Under the pieces are notes generated by a model, which searched no databases, was not told the DNA's origin, and saw only the letters and a list, made by a program, of their open reading frames with translations. A program made the position numbers and the translations under genes. A stretch of DNA of 64,000 nucleotides from Eledone cirrhosa (lineage: Eukaryota), in contig OZ024740.1 in assembly GCA_964016885.1 (NCBI GenBank), positions 285,324,001-285,388,000 on the forward strand, in the 5' to 3' direction. Every line of letters starts with the position of its first letter. Within the stretch, counting starts at the first letter, position 1. This document shows positions 37,973 to 50,214 of the stretch, in pieces.

Positions 37973-38090
37973 AGTCAGGACCCCGACGGCTGAAATCTGA
38001 ACCCGGCCATTTTGACAGCTAGATCCGAACTGATGGCTTAGTTCGGATCTAGCTGTCGAAATGGTCGAAGCTCAGCCGGCAGTCCTGACT
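37973..38090 (+). repeat. Long GC-richer hairpin: 30-bp inner stem plus outer stems
   Basis: 38004-38033 pairs with 38038-38067 (27 Watson-Crick, 3 G.U). Outer stems cggctga/tcagccg and agtcaggac/gtcctgact. Confidence 0.9.
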
Positions 38091-38092
38091 TT

Positions 38093-38142
<50 letters not shown>

Positions 38143-38364
38143 TTATTTATTTATATAAATTACAGAATAATCAAAACTATGTTCAAAACATTTTATTGCT
38201 GACAATCGTTTCTTCCAAACTTTCGTTTATTAATGCGTTGAAACACCCAGCAGACAATTGAAGAGGAGACCTGTCCCTTGTTTGTGGTTTTCTTTCATTT
38301 CTAAATACACTTTATCAGTAACCATACAGCACCCTGTTTCTTCTATATATGTATATATATATAT

Positions 38365-39066
38365 ATCATCATCACTGTTTTACGTCCGTTCTTCCACGCT
38401 AGCATGGGTTAGACAGGTTGTCCTGTTGTGGGCAGTGTCCGGTCGGCTGACCTTGTCTTGCTTATACAGGAACTGATTCTGGCTTGATTTCTACAGCTGG
38501 ATGCCCTTCCTAACACCAACCTCATTTACAGTGAGTGCTGGGTGCTTTTTTTCCGTGGCGCTTACACGTCCACTTTAAAGTGTGGGCTGGGTGCTTTTTT
38601 GCCGTGGCACCTCCACGACCACTTTGCAGTGGAATGATAGGGACCCCAGTCCTACCATCTCATTTCTACAGCTGAGTAAACTGGAGCAATGTGAAACAAA
38701 GTATCTTGCTCAAGGAAACACCACATCGCCCGGTCCGAGAATTGAACTCACAACCTTTCAATTACAAGCCCAATGCTCTAACCACTAAGCCATGCGCCTT
38801 CATATATATATAGTGTGTGTGTGTGCATGTATACATAAAAAGCGCCTAGTCAACACTGTAAAGTGGTCATGGAGGTGTCACAACAAAAAGTGCCCAGTAC
38901 ACACTGTAAATGTGGTTGGCGTTAGGAAGGGCATCCAGCCGTAGAAACCAAGCCAAAACCAGTTCTGTGTGAGTAAAACACGATCCTCCAACCTGGCTGT
39001 TTCACAACGGGACAACTCATCTAACCCATGCTAGCATGGAAAATGGATGTTAAACGATGATGATGA
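38365..39066. mobile_element. Two oppositely oriented SINEs with an RTE-type (GAT)n tail, flanking a tRNA-SINE
   Basis: aagggcatccagccgtagaaacc...acccatgctagcatggaaaatggatgttaaacgatgatg on + (38840-39066) and its reverse on - (38365-38600). Other copies at about 2890(+), 4710(-), 12730(+), 53720(-), 57120(+), 62940(-). Confidence 0.8.
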
Positions 39067-39070
39067 AATA

Positions 39071-39940
39071 CAAGGTGTGTCAGAAAAGTTCCAAAACTGA
39101 TGTCACAAGATTTATTTCAAACCCCAACTTCACACTAAGAGTTTTCTCCTTCAAAGTAATCCCCTTGGCGTCTAATGCACTTTTCCATCCTTTTCTGCCA
39201 TGCTTGCATGCACTCTTGGAAGAATTCTTCCGGGATCCTCCGCAGTTCTGTTGTCACAGCCTTTTTGATGTCGTCCACGTCTTCAAAATGGGTCCCCTCC
39301 GGGTCGTACTCGAAGATCCATGACTCATCACCAGTGATGACTGTCCCTAGCAAGTCTGGTTCGGTTTCAAGACGCTCGAGGATGTCCTGGCACACTTGTA
39401 TGCATCGACCCTTCTGGTCATCGTTCAGCAGTTTTGGCACCATCTTCGCGCAGACTTTCCGCATGTCCAAATCTTCAGTGAGAATCTTCCAGACGCTGTC
39501 CCGATTCATGCCCAGCTCATTTGCCATCAGTCGAACAGTCAGCCGACCATCTGCCTGACGCACTCAACGTTGACCTCAGTCCTGGTTGTTGAGGGCCTTC
39601 CGCTCCTGGGGTCATCTTGCACCACTCAAAAACATGTGAGCGTGACATCATCTCATCTCCATACACTTGCTGCAGCAATCCCAGTGCTTCTGACGGAGTT
39701 TTCCCCAACCGTACCAGAAACTTCAAGTTTGTTCGTTGCTCTGTGCTCATTGCTTGACGACCTGAAACAGAGGACATGTATATAAAATTATGAAAAAAAA
39801 AGTTGATCGTTGCAGAGAGCTAAGATTACAGTTACATACTCCAGGGGGATTACTTTGAAGGAGAAAACTCTTAGTGTGAAGTTTGGGTTTGAAATAAATC
39901 TTTTGTGATATTAGTCCTGGAACTTTTGTGACACACCTCG
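39071..39940 (-). mobile_element. Internally deleted mariner element with ~100-bp TIRs and TA TSD
   Basis: EQRTNLKFLVRLGKT, KVCAKMVPKLL, VITGDESWIFEYDPE and GDYFEG. 39071-39168 is inverted to 39841-39940, with TA on both sides. Confidence 0.93.
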
Positions 39941-39959
39941 TATATCATCATCATCATCA

Positions 39960-40660
39960 GAGAAGCTGAGTGTAGGAGGTTTGCCAATGTTCTGTGACGA
40001 GAAGATCAGAGACGTAAAGTGTTCCGCATTGCAAGACAGTGTGTCAGTGTAAATCAGAATGTTGGAGATAAGTGTGTCTGAAATGATGCTGGTGCACTTA
40101 GCGTCACTAATGCTGAGAAAAAGGAGGCCTAAAAATGTCATTATGAGAGACTGATGAATGTTGAGAATGAATGGATGAGAGAGAAACTAACCCCGACAGA
40201 CCCAACAGAGAGACCAGCTATTGAGGTTGATGACTATGGGGTCAAAGAAGCAATTGAGGAAAATGAAAAGTAGTATGGCTGCTGGACCACCAGGGATAGT
40301 TGCTGAGATGTTGAAGGCATCAGGAGAAGTAGGAACTAAACTGGTTGCATGCATAGTCAAGTTATATATGGTGGAGTCCTACCCAAAGACTGGTACAGCA
40401 GTATTTTTGTTAATTGCGACAAAGGTAAAGGGGGTGCTCTGGAGAGGAGCAATTACAGGGGCATAAAACTGATGGATCAGGTTATGAAACTGATAGAAAG
40501 AGTGATAGCACAACTAATTAGAGAAAGAGTCAAATTAGATGAGATGCAGTTTGGTTTTCTGCCTGGGAAAAGTACAACAGATGCCCTCCTCTTAGTGAGA
40601 TAACTAACTACAAGAAAGGTTCTTAGAGAAGAATAAGCTACTATATTTAGCTGTTGATCT
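39960..40660 (+). mobile_element. RTE LINE fragment
   Basis: Translation has AAGPPGIVAEMLKASGEVG, ERSNYRGIKLMDQVMK and DEMQFGFLPGKSTTDA. Confidence 0.9.
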
Positions 40661-43600
40661 AGTGATCATGGTCTTCTCGTATTAGCAATGTCAGTAAAAT
40701 GAATTCAGTTTAACTTGAAATCAAAATTAGGTTGCAGGCCTAGCTGGCTGGGAGTTTACCTCTTGGTCTATGGTTCTCACCAAAACATATTGATCAGTCC
40801 TAATCAATTATGCCTCATATCAATAATCAATCTGATCGTCTTGTCTTTCTTTCATGTCTAGTGTATCTTGGACTGCATTATCTAATGTGTACCCTTTTAA
40901 GATGTTTGTGATTTGAGGCAAATTTGATTATTTTTTTTGCAGGTTGAATAACTGTATAAACACTCCCTAATTGACTAGTTATATAAATGCAATGGTGCAA
41001 GTGTGTGCAGCCTGTACTTGCAAGATATGCACTCTGAAGGGTTGTAACAATTCTTTCTAATCAATACAGTTCAACACTAAAATTGAAATATTTTGAGCAA
41101 AATAGCTTAAGAGATCAGAAAAAGTTGTCAGATTTGTTCCTGAAATTCAGGTTGTTTGACTTCTCTTTTCTGTTTGTAGACTAATGTTTTGATTATGTAT
41201 TTTGAGGTAGAGAATGTGTCATTCAACCTATTGCATTATAATATGAACAACAAATAAAGGAATTAACTTTAAAAGAATTTGATAGAATGTTTTGCAAATT
41301 TGAAAAGGTCAAGCAACTGACATCAAAAAGGAGCATTCAAGTTCTGCAAAACTTCACCGTTACTTTCAGAGGCATAAAGAGAAAAGAGTGAAAAGTGTAG
41401 TATATATAATCTTGGATAAGTATTTTTTAAAGAAACAAATTTGTAAAAATATTATTTCGACTTCTTTTTTGTGCATTATTATTAGCAAGGCATATTTCAT
41501 TTCAAATAAACTGTTGAATACTGAATACATATCCACAGTCCTTTATAATTATATTATTTTGAAATATGGTAAAAAGTCCAACCAAGTATTTTGAAAGCTC
41601 TTGAACTAATTACTGTATTTCTTATATATCATTATGTTCAATTAGCACAGTTTCGATTAGCACCAAGCTTTCATGGAATTAATTAACCATGCTAATTGGG
41701 GTTTTGAAGTACTGTATTCCAATTAGTCTAGCACTCTACCATTTTTGCTAAGTCTACCTTCCTGATTGATTTCTTTTACAGATTTAGAGGAGAGAGAAAA
41801 TTAGATTGTATGGCATTTATATATATATATATAATTTTTTTTTTTTTTTGTGGTTAAAGTGAAGTGAGGTATACTTTTTAAATCAAGAAACCTTCTCACT
41901 TGAATTACTATATCTTACAATAAATTTCTGATATTTCCATAAAGTGCTTGTCTCACTAAGGCTGCTGATTTCTGTATTCAACTTTCATGAAACCAGTATC
42001 AACATATTTGCCATTTCTGGGGGGAATGTAATTCATCCATACAAAATAATATGGTACACTCACTATTCAGCATGATTATGACACATTTCTGTTTGTAAGA
42101 GCATATATGTTTATAATAACATATATTTAAAACATTTAATCTTGTCACAGAATAATTATATTGGAGTTATAACTACAAGTATTTTTAGCAAGTCAAAAGA
42201 TAATTTCTAATTTCAAGAATGCAAGGAATGGTAATGTGAGGGAGAGTGGTTCATGTCAACAAGTGATAGAGGGAGCATGCGAGCTGGGCGATAGTAAAGA
42301 GTGTAGTGGATGTAAATGAAAGTGATAGTAAAGTATCATGATGGAAGAGAAGTAGAGGAACTACAAATATTTTAATGACCATTTTGCCTGTTGGCACAGA
42401 TGGACAAGTTTTGTCCAGCACTGTGTGTTGGCACTTGCTGTGATTGGTCTCATTTTGTGAGTGACATCATCTATATGCATCACATGCCTGTGCCAGTGAA
42501 GTCTTCTCTGTGATTTCTCTTATAACGATGATGATGATGATCCATGCTTTTATTTTAGCTTATTTGTGTTCCATTATTTGTGTACTAACATAAATCCAGC
42601 AGAGCATGCTTGCTTCTTTTTTTTATAGCCATCACAGGTCTTCTGCACTCATGGCTCACCTCTTGCTACCATATAATACTATACCTCATACGCAAGCATC
42701 ATACAATCTTCCCTTTACTCTGAAAGAGAAACACTTTGTTACCACTCTGCTCTTACTGTAGCTACTATGCTTTTGGAACATGCATCTTCACTACTTATTA
42801 GGTCACTTTTGTAGAGGGTCAGAAGTTGAGAAGCTGAAGTAATTTTTGGCTCCAAAAAGAAGAACCAATCTTTTAGATTCAGTTCTAGCTATGTTTAGCA
42901 AATATGTTCACCATGAGAGATCCTCAGTGGTAGTGAATTCTATCATTTTGAATGAATGCAAGAGCTCTACTTGCTTGTTTAAGGGTGGTAACGTGTAGTG
43001 GTCTTGTTTTGCTTTTTTTTTGTTTGTATGTTTTTTAAAAAAAATTGTTGATTGAGATTAGCATGACTCCATTGGAGGATGCTCTTGAGCTCTCTCTTCA
43101 GGGTGTGAGTTGAGGAGGATATCTAGGTGGGGGAAGGTTATGGAAGAATAAAAGAGGGGCATCATTTTGTGTATGAGTGGGTGTAATTGTCAATAATGTA
43201 TTGGAGGAAGAGCATGGAGAGGGTTAAAACTGAACTCTGTTTATCAGTTTTTATTTTTTATTTATTTTCTCATTTAGTTTAATACTGAGTTTTATTTCAG
43301 TGGTGTGGTTTTAGTGTATTGTGTTTGAGGGTTGTTGATTCTGGTGTGTATTTGGGGCTGTACTCTTATGTTGTTTTTTAAATGACTTTATGATTATTTT
43401 GAATTTTTATATTACAATGTCTATGTTGGTGAGTGAGGTGTTCAATTCTAAAAACCTTGATTCTGTTTCTTGGTGGAACTTGTTCCACAATGTACTTTTA
43501 AAGTTTTTAAAATCATTTTATTTTCTTTGTTTATTTGTGAATATTTTGATAATAATTGTTAGGTAGCATGAGGAAAGCCAGGCAATTGTTTACCAAGTAA

Positions 43601-44042
43601 TTGTGGTAGCTATAGAAGTTGATGTCTGAGGAAGAGTTGTACTTGAATTAGTAAGGTATATGAGTGCATTGATGTAGATCGTTTAGGATATAAAGGGAGT
43701 TTAGTTGTGATGTTATGTTACCTCATTTGTCATCTGTACTATTTAGAACCAGGTGATGTTGAGGTGTGTAACCTGGTTAAATGGTTGGTGATATATGTGC
43801 GTGTGTTTATTATATTAATGTGTTTTATGTTGTTACTTTTATTTTGAAAGCCTGAATTTCTAGTCTAATGTCGTTTCCTCTTAGTTTATGAATTTCATTT
43901 GTGATATCTATATATATATATTGAATGCACTGTTGTTCATGATTGCTGGAAGAAATTCATAGTGCTCTACTTTCATTGACAACAAAAGAATGTTCTGTTT
44001 TAAATTTGTGTCAGAAGTATAATTCATGGTTTCTCTTCACAG

Positions 44043-44093
44043 GGTGTAAACTATGATTCTGATCTAAACCAGCTGGAAGATATATCTAAAGAG
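44043..44093 (+). CDS. Candidate 51-nt phase-0 exon (GVNYDSDLNQLEDISKE) of an unidentified gene
   Basis: Strong acceptor tttctcttcacag, donor AG/gtact, length a multiple of 3, only one open frame, not visibly repeat-derived. Confidence 0.4.
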
Positions 44094-44829
44094 GTACTTG
44101 TCTAGTTGATTGTCTTTCTTTCTCTTTCTCCCCTCTCTCTTTCTCTTGAGTAAGGCTATTTAAAGAATTACATTATCATTATGCAACTTTATTGTAATTG
44201 CTGTATTTTACTTGTGTAGTCTTTAATAACAAAAAGAAAGTAGATGAAGGATTTATTTGTACAGAATATTTTGAAACCTCTGTAATTGCAAAAAATATAC
44301 TACTAGAAAATTTTTTAAAATGTACAAACAAATTCTAGTCTTCTGTTTAGTAATTTATTTCACCTATGGATATTTCGCCCCGTGGATAGAATAACAAATG
44401 TGTTGCCATGAAGAATAGATAGTGATATCTGCTACATCACTCTACCCCATAGGGTTCTTTCCTGATGAGCAACACCTCCATCCCAATTTGATGGACTAGA
44501 GCAGCAATCTTGGGAATGAAGACACTGAAAATCTCAATAGTGACTGGCACGGAAAGAAATCTGTCTTCAATGATTTGTGCTTGGTCATCTTTCACAGCAT
44601 AGCAGGTGGCAGGCTCTGGATTTACGGTTGACATGACAAGGTTGGCACTGAGGAATATGTTACAATACATACTGAATCCTAAAAGAAACACTTTCCCCTC
44701 TGGTCACAGCCAATTGACTCAAGTTGTGACAAGAAACTGATAGTGTTAAGGCATCTCATAATATCATTCAGTGCAGTGAGGCATAGGAAGCAGTTCAAAT
44801 TCCTTAGTGGTAGCTGCTGCTTCTTCTCT

Positions 44830-47300
44830 TTGCCCACTTATTCCTAAGAGGGTTGTGGGGGCAGAGTCCTCAAGCACACCTTCCAGTGGGTCCTGTCAGA
44901 AACAACTGCTTGGGGTCTATCCCTGGGTCTTCGGCCAGTTGGTATTGCCTGTAAAATCTGTCCAGTGATTCTTTCCTTAGATATTCTGACCTCAAGTCCG
45001 TAGTATCGAAGCTGTGATCTCTCAATTTGGAGAAATAACGGCTCTACCTGGAACAACTCTCTGATCTCCGAGCTATACACTCTATTAAATGTTACTCCAA
45101 AGACCCTTCGGAGGAACCTTATTTTGGCTGCATGTACTTGTGGGCATGTTCTTTGTTATTTCCCAAGATTCATGACCATAGGTAAGGGTTGGCACAAATA
45201 CTGAATTGAAGATAGCAAGTTTGACTTTTTACACCTAGCTCTTTCTGATTACTGAATGTTGGAACTGGCACAATACTGCACCAACTCCTGCAATGTTTGC
45301 ACTAAATCCAGCCTCCTGCCTTCTATTATGCATGAAGATTGCCTCAAGATACTTGAACTTCTTCATCTGCTTCAGTGGTACTCCACTTACAATTAGAGTT
45401 ACTACGCAAGCTTCCTTGAGAGGACAAGTGTCTCAGTCTTCACAGCACTGATTTTTATTCTTACCATGTAGCACTTAGCAGCAAACCTGTCAACTGCATA
45501 TCGTCTGAAAATTTCAACTGACTGATCCTACGCCCACCAATCTTGATACTACTCCTCCCAACCCGATTGCACATATCAATCCTGTTCATGAAGAATATGA
45601 ACAACAGAGGTGATAGTACGCATTATTTGTGGAGTCTAATACCCACACAAATACTAGGGCATTCGTATAGAGACTTCAGGGCAACGAGAATCTGTCCATT
45701 AATCCCATTCTCCTGCTGAACCTTCTACAACAGGTCCCATGGAACATTGCCGTATGCCTTTTCAAGGTCTATAGAGCAAACACTTCTTGGCAATACTCCC
45801 ACAACTTTTTGAAGACTGCCGTTGTTTGAATATGTAGTCAGTTGTGCTGTGTCCTGGCCCAAAACCACATTGTTCATCAGTTAACTTTGACTCAATAATA
45901 TCCCAAAATCTCTTTGCCAGACACTTAGCATAGACTTTACCAGGAAGGCTTACCAAGGAGATCCCTTTTTGAAAATTGGGAATATCACTCCCAATTGCCA
46001 TTGCTTATGTGTCTTTCCAGAGATCCAGGCCACCTGGCACGCCATCTTTATTTAAAGTTTTTATCATCTTGGGCCGGATTTCATTTCCCCAGAGACCTTG
46101 TCCATAGTTCTTTAATTGCTCCTCGATGCACTTTGTGTACATCAGAAGATGCTGTTGTGACCGAGTTTAGGAGATCAGCAAACTATTCTCTCCACCCTGC
46201 AAGGATGTATCTCTCTGGAGAGAGAAGAACCCCAGGCATGTTCCATAGCAGGCATGGAAGGGGTTCTCTTATTATGAAGTCGGTGGATGGTCTGCCAGAA
46301 TACTTATTTGCTGATATGAAGTCGGATTCCAGCTTAACCCCAAAGTCTTCCCATGTCTTAACTCTGGATAGCTTCACTGTCTCTGCTGCAAGTGCAAGGA
46401 GCACTTAATTCCAACAGATGGCATCTTTGACCATATGATTAAACCAAGGAGTCCTCCTGCCACTAGGTGTCACACCTAGCCATTTTTGCCCACGGCATTT
46501 AACAGCTGAAGCAGAAACTGATGCACTGAACAGTCATCAGGGAGTTCTCTGAATTTGGATGCAATAGTATCCATATACCTGGTCCTGACCTCTTTATCCT
46601 GTAGGTCAAGCTGGATCTGCCAGTTTTGTGGTTTTTCTTGGCTTATGGTAATCTCAGGTTACAGCTCAACCCCTCTATTGACAAGAACATCTAACACAGA
46701 ATCAAAGAAATCAAGGACAATAACAAAATCAATTATTGATCTCTGTCTCTGATTTCTCTTATACCATGCATATTTATGGTTGTCTTTGTGCTGGAAGAAG
46801 GTTTTTAAGGCCTTTCCATTTACGTTTAGATCAGGAACATCATTCCTTCCAATCACTCCTTTCCATGTCAGATGGTCAATGCCAACATGTGCATTGAAGT
46901 CTCCCATTATGATATATGACTGTCTTAACTACATCTATCGTTTTAGTGACTTCATCAAAGCATTTGTTTGGGGCATAAACTTGCACCACCCACAGAGAAC
47001 TTTCTTTCAGCTTAAGCTTCACGAGGCAAATCCACCTTCCCAATGGGATTCAGTCCATATCACATTCTGACAGCCGGAGACTTATGAGTATCCGCACTCT
47101 CGCCTGTGCAGTCATTTTTGGCTTCACACCTGAATAGCGGAGTTTCCATCCTCCATCCAAATCTATAGTGCCAAGGCTACAGAACTTTGTTGAGGAAATC
47201 AGGACTATTTCTACCTGATAATATCTGTCCTCTTCCACTAGTTCCTGCTCTTTACTTGTAAGAGTGGCAACATTCTAGTTGCCAATTAAGATTTGCTCCC
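44830..47300 (-). mobile_element. Near full-length but degenerate RTE-clade LINE (APE endonuclease plus RT)
   Basis: Translation has MGDFNAHVG, RSIIDFVIV, GISLVSLPGKVYAK, EQCGFGPGHSTTD and QIERSQLRYYG...GRRPRDRP. Many stops and deletions. Confidence 0.88.
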
Positions 47301-48419
47301 TTCTGGATGTTTTGGGGTCTCAGAATATCAGAATACACTACTTTTGTGTGTCCATCCCTTGCTTCCTGGGACAGGTCACAAGTCCATCGCCAGTTCTCAC
47401 AGTGTTCGATGAAAACTGCAATATATTTTTCAAATAGGCCCTTCTACCTAAAGTCTGAGTGTGTCCCTTGTTACCTCATGTGAAGGACAATGTATGAATG
47501 CTTTTATTGCATCTAACCATATTGCAGTTTTTGGTGGTCTTATTCACTTATGTAGTTTACATGTGGAGATTGAGACACAGGACAATTCCAGTGCATGTAC
47601 ACACTTCATCAAGAAGGGTGCTGGTATTGAACCAGGTGCCACTGTTTGGTTGTAAGGCAGTTCAAAAGCAGTCAAAATGTTGTTGTTCAAGGGATGACTG
47701 GATTCTCATGCTGGTGGACTGACTATATTTGATACTCTCCTATTGTAATACTCGAACACATATCCTGACAAGCAGAATAATATTGTAGATTATTACAGTA
47801 ATGTCTTGTGTATCCTAACCCGTGCAATTGGAGTGGGGATTTTGTCTAGAATTGATGTTGTTTATCAGAAGTACGCCTGAGTAAAATTAAACCATATGAT
47901 CAGTCTGTTTTAGAGTTGTGTATTCTGACAATCTATTTAGATAATTCTTTTAATCATGACTTTGTTCTAATCAGTTTGTTTGAAACTGTTTTTGCTCATT
48001 ACCCTAGGATGAAAGGAAGCTGGCTTAAGGGCTGTTTTGAATGGTGTTGATTTAGACTGTAGTATGTATTGTAGAAAATATTGTTCAATTAGTATTCTAT
48101 TTGTATCACATTTAACAGGTCGAATAAAGGCAACAAACAAGTTCCTTTGTTGGCTAAGAAAGGCTTTCAGTTGAATTTTTATATAATGAAATTTATTTTA
48201 AGTTTATCATCATTACTACAACCACCCATTTATTTATAGCATTAGTTGGTGTGCCAGAATTCTCTCATCTCTTTCTGTTCAAACCGGCCATAACCAGCCT
48301 CTTATACTGATGTTAAAATATTGTTCTCAAAATAAATGTCAAAATCTCGTAGATTTGATATATATGGCCTTTACCATGAAAATACAATAGTAAATATAGA
48401 TTAATGTAAATGCTAAAGG

Positions 48420-48870
48420 GTTAAGCCCCTTTTGGCAATGAGTGGGGATGAATGAGTAAAATGAAAGGTCGGTTGTACGATGCCTGTGTGAGATGCATGA
48501 TGCTGCATGGTAGTGAGACATGGGCAGCAACTGCAGAGGATATGAAAAGGCTGGAGAGAAATGAAGCAATCATGCTCCGATGGATGATGGATGCAAACTG
48601 TAGTGTGCAGGAAAGAAGACTGCGTTGGTAAGGCCATGTGATGTGCATGGAAGATGACCGCTGGGTGAAGAAGTGCCAAGAAATCCCAGTAGAAGGAAGA
48701 CGCAGTAGAGGAAGACCATGAAAAACAGGCGGAAGTGGTGAGAGCTGACCTCAGATCACTGAAGCTCACAGATGAGATGACGAGGGACTGTGACGAATGG
48801 AAAGATACTGTGCTGAAAAGGACCCATTCCACCCTTCCAAGCAGGGAAAAGCAAACGTAAAATGATGAAA
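48420..48870 (+). mobile_element. RTE LINE 3' end fragment
   Basis: Close match to about 52160-52630, including the gcagggaaaagc..acgtaaaatgatg tail. Confidence 0.9.
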
Positions 48871-50214
48871 ATGGTGGTGTCCTTAGGTATTGTTGATTAC
48901 ATAATGGGCATGTGTGGAGATTTTAGCATGTAAAAGTGTGATCTTTGTATGGCGGATGTATTTATATAGAGATGTGATAATACAAAGTGAGAGATTTTAT
49001 GGTTGTAGATTGTTTAAGAATTTGTGTGGGTTTTTTTTCAGTATTCGTATTTTTATGTTGATATCAGTAAACTGAATGTTGCTTTTATATTCAGTGGAGC
49101 TGAAAATCTTCTTACTTCCCCAAGTGCTTCTCTTGAATTGCCTAATGTTTCCAATGCCTTATGTCTTTCTTATCCTACTTAATTTATCTTTAAGATTTAT
49201 GTTACTTATTTAGCATATAAAATATTGTTTGATAAGATCAGGCCTTGTTACTCATTTATCTAACACAATTATCAAGGAAAGTGTTACTTCTAATGTCTAT
49301 CATAGCAGAACTAATATTAACTACAATATTTTAAATTCTTAGTGAGGACTTAACACAAAAAGATTTGACTATGGTATTTTGAGAGATACACAGAGTTCAT
49401 GAAATAATATTGTAACAAGTTTTTATCAGCCAAGTAATGAGGCATAATTCTTACTATGTGGTTGTAATATCTTGCAGTTTTTTCAAGTGTATATACAGCA
49501 ATATCACATAGCCACGATCATAACAATCTATGAACTGACTGAGTAATGTTAGATATTTGTGTCTTCTTTGTTCAATGTTTACTTCATACTGTTAAAATAA
49601 TAAGCAGTTTAATTCTTAAATGGTTACATTCTGCATTGTGCCTAAAAAATACTCTTGTTCAATGATGTTAGAAGTCTCACACTGTCAGATTTTTTCATTG
49701 CAATATTTACACAGAAAATAGCTATTACAATTGTGATATAAAAAGAACAGTCTTTCTGTTTTGTTTTGTTTATAATATTGTATTCGCCAACTGATAAAAT
49801 CTTCCATATCACATTTTCTTGACTGATTGAATGATGAAGTACGTTTAAGTTTTGTGTAAGAAACATGACCTCACTCTGAAATTGCTATTCCCACTTTAAA
49901 GTGATTATGTGCCACCTTGAAGTTATATGAGCTCATTTTGAAATTTCTTTTCTCATTTCGATCTAATTGTTATTTTCATTTTGACACGATATGTTCTCAT
50001 TTATAACTATAAATACTGTACTACGTGGTAATGATACATGGGAGACAAAATTATAGGAGAACAATGTTGATAGGTAACCTGTGATATATTTGTAAGAGTT
50101 TTTCAGAAAATATCTAATTGTGTCTTACACATGTTGACAGAGAATGGATTTGATAAAGTTTCCTCTGTAATTAGAAAAAGCTAAATATGAATGAATTATT
50201 AATCTCAAAGGCTA

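Noticed and set aside
38020-38031. miR-100 (shares tagatccgaact)
   Set aside because: The seed-containing 5' end AACCCG is absent, so the 12-nt match is probably chance.
41782-41807. Small coding exon after cttttacag
   Set aside because: Stops in two frames, a weak donor, and a phase incompatible with the other candidate exons.
43000-43800. Penelope ORF remnant on the minus strand
   Set aside because: The compositional skew is suggestive, but no RT or GIY-YIG motif could be read.
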